Positions 8,241 through 10,763 of a stretch of DNA of 10,763 bases are shown piece by piece. The stretch is taken from the NCBI GenBank assembly GCA_048882485.1, contig JBHLRP010000082.1, positions 1 through 10,763 on the forward strand, given 5' to 3'. A model generated the notes under the pieces. The model did not search any database. It saw only the letters and a program-made list of their open reading frames with translations, and was not told the DNA's origin. The translations under genes and the position numbers were made by a program. Source of the stretch: Candidatus Thorarchaeota archaeon. Its GTDB lineage: Archaea > Asgardarchaeota > Thorarchaeia > Thorarchaeales > Thorarchaeaceae. Position 1 is the first letter of the stretch; every line of letters starts with the position of its first letter.

Positions 8241-9215
8241 TTATTTGGGAATCTTGCTTAGCCTTAAGATTACTTCTTCGGCCTCACTCATCACTCTGTC
8301 CAGCAGTTCCTTGACCGTGGGAATATCCTTGACCAGGCCTACACCTTGACCACAGGCGACAACCCCATGGTCGATATCCCCTTCTCTGTACATTTCCTCT
8401 GATTTGTCACCAGATGCAGCCTGAATGAGTTGGAAAAGAGGGGCTCCCTGCGCCTCTAGTTCAAGCACTTTCTGTACTGCTTTATTCTTCCAGAACCTGT
8501 GTGTATTTCCAACAGAACGCAAGGCGAGAGTTGTATCGGTTTCCGCTGCTTCGACGAAGGCCTTTTTGAGATTGTCATGGATGGGACACTCTCTAGTAGC
8601 CAACAGTCTTGTGCCCATAATCACTCCTTCAGCACCAAGTGCCAGAGCCGCTGCGATACCTCTTCCATCTGTTATTCCGCCCCCAGCAATTACAGGAACA
8701 TCCAGGGCATCAACGACGGATGGAGTCATCACCATTGTTCCAATGTCTAGAATCCCAGTAGCTCCACCATTCTCATATCCAACAACGGTCACTATGTCGG
8801 CACCCAAGGACGCTCCTTTCTTCGCATATCTCACTCCGGCGCACTTATGAATCCAGATGGCACCTCCATCCCTAAATTTGGGGACCAAGTCCTCTGGCGC
8901 CTTATGGCCGCTCGTTTCAATGATTTTCACACCCTCAGCTAGTGTGGCATCCACGTAGTCCTCCAGCTTGTCCTGAGGCATCAGAGCAGGAAACAGATTG
9001 ATGTTCACCGCAAATGGGCGATCTGTAAGAGATTGGGTCTTTTTGATAGCATCACGCAGGTCATCAGGTGTCTTGAAGTTCGCACTGGCTAAAACTGCAC
9101 AGGCACCAGCATTACTTGCTGCGGCGGTGAATTCGGGACTAGAAATCCTTGCCATGGTCCCTGCTATGATTGGATACTTACACCCCAACATCTCAGTTAC
9201 TTTCGTCTTTATCAT
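8241..9215 (-). CDS. nitronate monooxygenase / enoyl-ACP reductase FabK-like flavoprotein
   Basis: KT..TEMLG.KYPII.G.M, AASNAG, T.RPFAVN, G.E.GG, PVIAGGGITDGRGIAAALALGAEGVIMGTR and CGQGVGLVKDIPTVKEL; SD GGGTGAGG at 9227-9220. Confidence 0.93.
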   Translation of the reverse strand: MIKTKVTEMLGCKYPIIAGTMARISSPEFTAAASNAGACAVLASANFKTPDDLRDAIKKTQSLTDRPFAVNINLFPALMPQDKLEDYVDATLAEGVKIIETSGHKAPEDLVPKFRDGGAIWIHKCAGVRYAKKGASLGADIVTVVGYENGGATGILDIGTMVMTPSVVDALDVPVIAGGGITDGRGIAAALALGAEGVIMGTRLLATRECPIHDNLKKAFVEAAETDTTLALRSVGNTHRFWKNKAVQKVLELEAQGAPLFQLIQAASGDKSEEMYREGDIDHGVVACGQGVGLVKDIPTVKELLDRVMSEAEEVILRLSKIPK

Positions 9216-9317
9216 TTGGCCTCACCCACAAATCCTTCGACCAGTGACAATATTCCCATAGATAAATCTCATCATCAGATAGAACAATCACAACGAAGTT
9301 TGACCGCCATCGTTTAG

Positions 9318-9340
9318 TTCGAATCTCACTCAGCCCGTCA
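9318..9340 (+). repeat. tRNA 3'-end-like repeat, copy 12 (18/23)
   Basis: (g)ttcgaatctcactcagcccgtca. Confidence 0.82.
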
Positions 9341-9350
9341 ACCTTGTTTT

Positions 9351-9851
9351 CTACTCTCTATTGAAAAGGTACCTTAGCGTAGCTACTCGATGTCGTAGCT
9401 TTGATAGCAACACGTACGTGTACGGTACTACCAGAGCTTCCACTTCTTCAGAATATTCAATGTCTTCATAATCACTACTACCTTTAGCTGGTTTCTGATT
9501 TCGGGTGTTACATCCCCTAGCTATTCCCTTCAAACTGAGAAAGATGGTCTGAGTTTCTTCTATTTGAGAGGGGGCATCATGACTATTACGACAGAATACA
9601 AGAACATCAAAGATGGAGAGCCCAAGGTAGACTTCTGTTATACACATCAAATCAAAACCCAAAGTGATTGCTGATGCAATCATGAATGGGAGAAGAGATA
9701 CTATGAAAAGCTGATGTCTAATAATGGGATGCCTATTCTTCTCAAAATGTTCAGCTGAGTGATCACGAGGCCAATCAGATACTCCCACATCTGTGATATC
9801 CAACCAATCTAGCGCCTGCGAGCCATAGTTTCGATTCTTTCTGGCCATCAA
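9351..9851 (-). CDS. hypothetical membrane protein, possibly decaying or frameshifted
   Basis: 166-aa ORF filling the interval between repeats 12 and 13; one or two hydrophobic segments; central part looks less protein-like. Confidence 0.45.
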   Translation of the reverse strand: MMARKNRNYGSQALDWLDITDVGVSDWPRDHSAEHFEKNRHPIIRHQLFIVSLLPFMIASAITLGFDLMCITEVYLGLSIFDVLVFCRNSHDAPSQIEETQTIFLSLKGIARGCNTRNQKPAKGSSDYEDIEYSEEVEALVVPYTYVLLSKLRHRVATLRYLFNRE

Positions 9852-9946
9852 CGGTGATCAAATCCTTGTTCTCAGGATTGATTCTTGGTGACACTCCAGC
9901 CATAAATTGCATCATAGTTCAACTAATGAACTAGTAACAGTATTTT

Positions 9947-9969
9947 TTCGAATCCTGCCCCGTGTGTCA
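9947..9969 (+). repeat. tRNA 3'-end-like repeat, copy 13 (15/23, highly degenerate)
   Basis: ttcgaatcctgccccgtgtgtca; lies in the expected intergenic position, last 3 nt overlap the nfi stop codon. Confidence 0.55.
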
Positions 9970-10608
9970 ATCCTGCCCTCTCAATGCTAAGCTTTTCGCA
10001 GTTCTATGAGCAATGCGAAGAGGTTCAGGATATCCATCAACATAGCAATCTTTCACAATCTTCACAGAAGTAGAGAGCGTGATGTTATTCCCCACCGATA
10101 CGAACACAGGCTTCACTTTTCCCAGCCAGACAGCCATGCCTATAAGTTCATCTTCGTCGCGGATGGTGGCCTCATCACCATCGCGAAGGCCCATGGTACC
10201 AATATGAAGGCTCTTTGCAACGCCAATAGTCTGAGTATTCGAAACCACGCCAACATACGATGCCAGACCTAGTCTTCTGGGATGAAGCACTCCATTTCCG
10301 TCGATAAGCACAGGTCCTGTGACATCCAAGAGTTTCAGAAGGTCAAGTACGATGGGCCCTTCTCGAAGATAGAGATATCCTGGGATGTAGTCAAACTGCA
10401 CTTCTCTATCCAAGGTCACAGTTTGAACTGGCCTCAGTGTTTCAACGTCTATTACAACTGCACACCCAAATGCGAGAAAGCCATGATAGTGTACATCCAC
10501 TCCTGTCACTATGCCCCTATCGTAGGGCGGCAAGTCTTTCTTGACAACCCGTTTTGCAAGATCTACTTGTTCTCTGGACGCATTTTTCAGCTTCGTTTGA
10601 TTATCCAT
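9967..10608 (-). CDS. nfi: endonuclease V (deoxyinosine 3'-endonuclease); ATG 10608 preferred over TTG 10662
   Basis: GVDV.Y, YIPGYLYLREGP, VLIDGNGVLHPRRLGLASYVG, TIGVAKS, PVFVSVG and PEPLRIAH motifs with the catalytic D/E/D/H residues present. Confidence 0.95.
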   Translation of the reverse strand: MDNQTKLKNASREQVDLAKRVVKKDLPPYDRGIVTGVDVHYHGFLAFGCAVVIDVETLRPVQTVTLDREVQFDYIPGYLYLREGPIVLDLLKLLDVTGPVLIDGNGVLHPRRLGLASYVGVVSNTQTIGVAKSLHIGTMGLRDGDEATIRDEDELIGMAVWLGKVKPVFVSVGNNITLSTSVKIVKDCYVDGYPEPLRIAHRTAKSLALRGQD

Positions 10609-10763
10609 AATGTATGATTCCACAAGGGGGTCATTTCGGAACCTGATGAACCTGCTGTTCAATCAAATTGACGACTAATAGGAGGACACAATCCAGTCAT
10701 CCTGTGGGACTAGGGACGTACCCTCTGTGTAATCTGTGTGATATACCCCTCCTTGTACATCAC

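Noticed and set aside
160-9969. CRISPR array
   Set aside because: Repeat length fits, but spacers are 0.4-1.6 kb, variable and contain whole genes. No cas genes are present, and the repeat parses as a tRNA end.
160-9969. Classical integron with attC sites
   Set aside because: I saw no RYYYAAC...GTTRRRY-bounded imperfect palindromes. The repeats are short and conserved in primary sequence, and genes face both directions.
1671-10617. Other short ORFs (1671-1925, 2103-2558, 2356-2550, 3373-3597, 3706-3951, 4443-4772, 5480-5782, 5999-6283, 6099-6314, 8425-8850, 8499-8750, 8998-9261, 10006-10272, 10282-10617)
   Set aside because: Antisense or alternate-frame shadows of better-supported CDSs.

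Overview
Archaeal-looking window (TATA/BRE-like boxes, GGTGA/GGAG-type Shine-Dalgarno motifs; an Asgard/Thorarchaeota-like host is only my guess). It holds about 14 functionally unrelated small genes: two GNATs, RDD, DUF998-like, VIT1/CCC1, ICMT/PEMT-like methyltransferase, ATC-hydrolase-like, nitronate monooxygenase/FabK-like, endonuclease V and several hypothetical proteins. The main signal is non-coding. At least 13 copies of a 23-nt direct repeat (consensus TTCRAATCCCACCTGGCCCGCCA) lie on the + strand, essentially one per intergenic gap, 450-1600 nt apart. The repeat reads as the 3' end of a tRNA gene: T-loop TTCRAAT, T-stem 3' strand CCCAC, acceptor 3' strand CTGGCCC, discriminator G, then CCA. 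The window is therefore an array of one- or two-gene cassettes delimited by tRNA 3'-end fragments. It resembles an integron cassette array, but with tRNA-type att sites instead of attC, genes in both orientations and apparently their own promoters. No integrase or intact tRNA is in the window; the model predicts the intact tRNA to the left.
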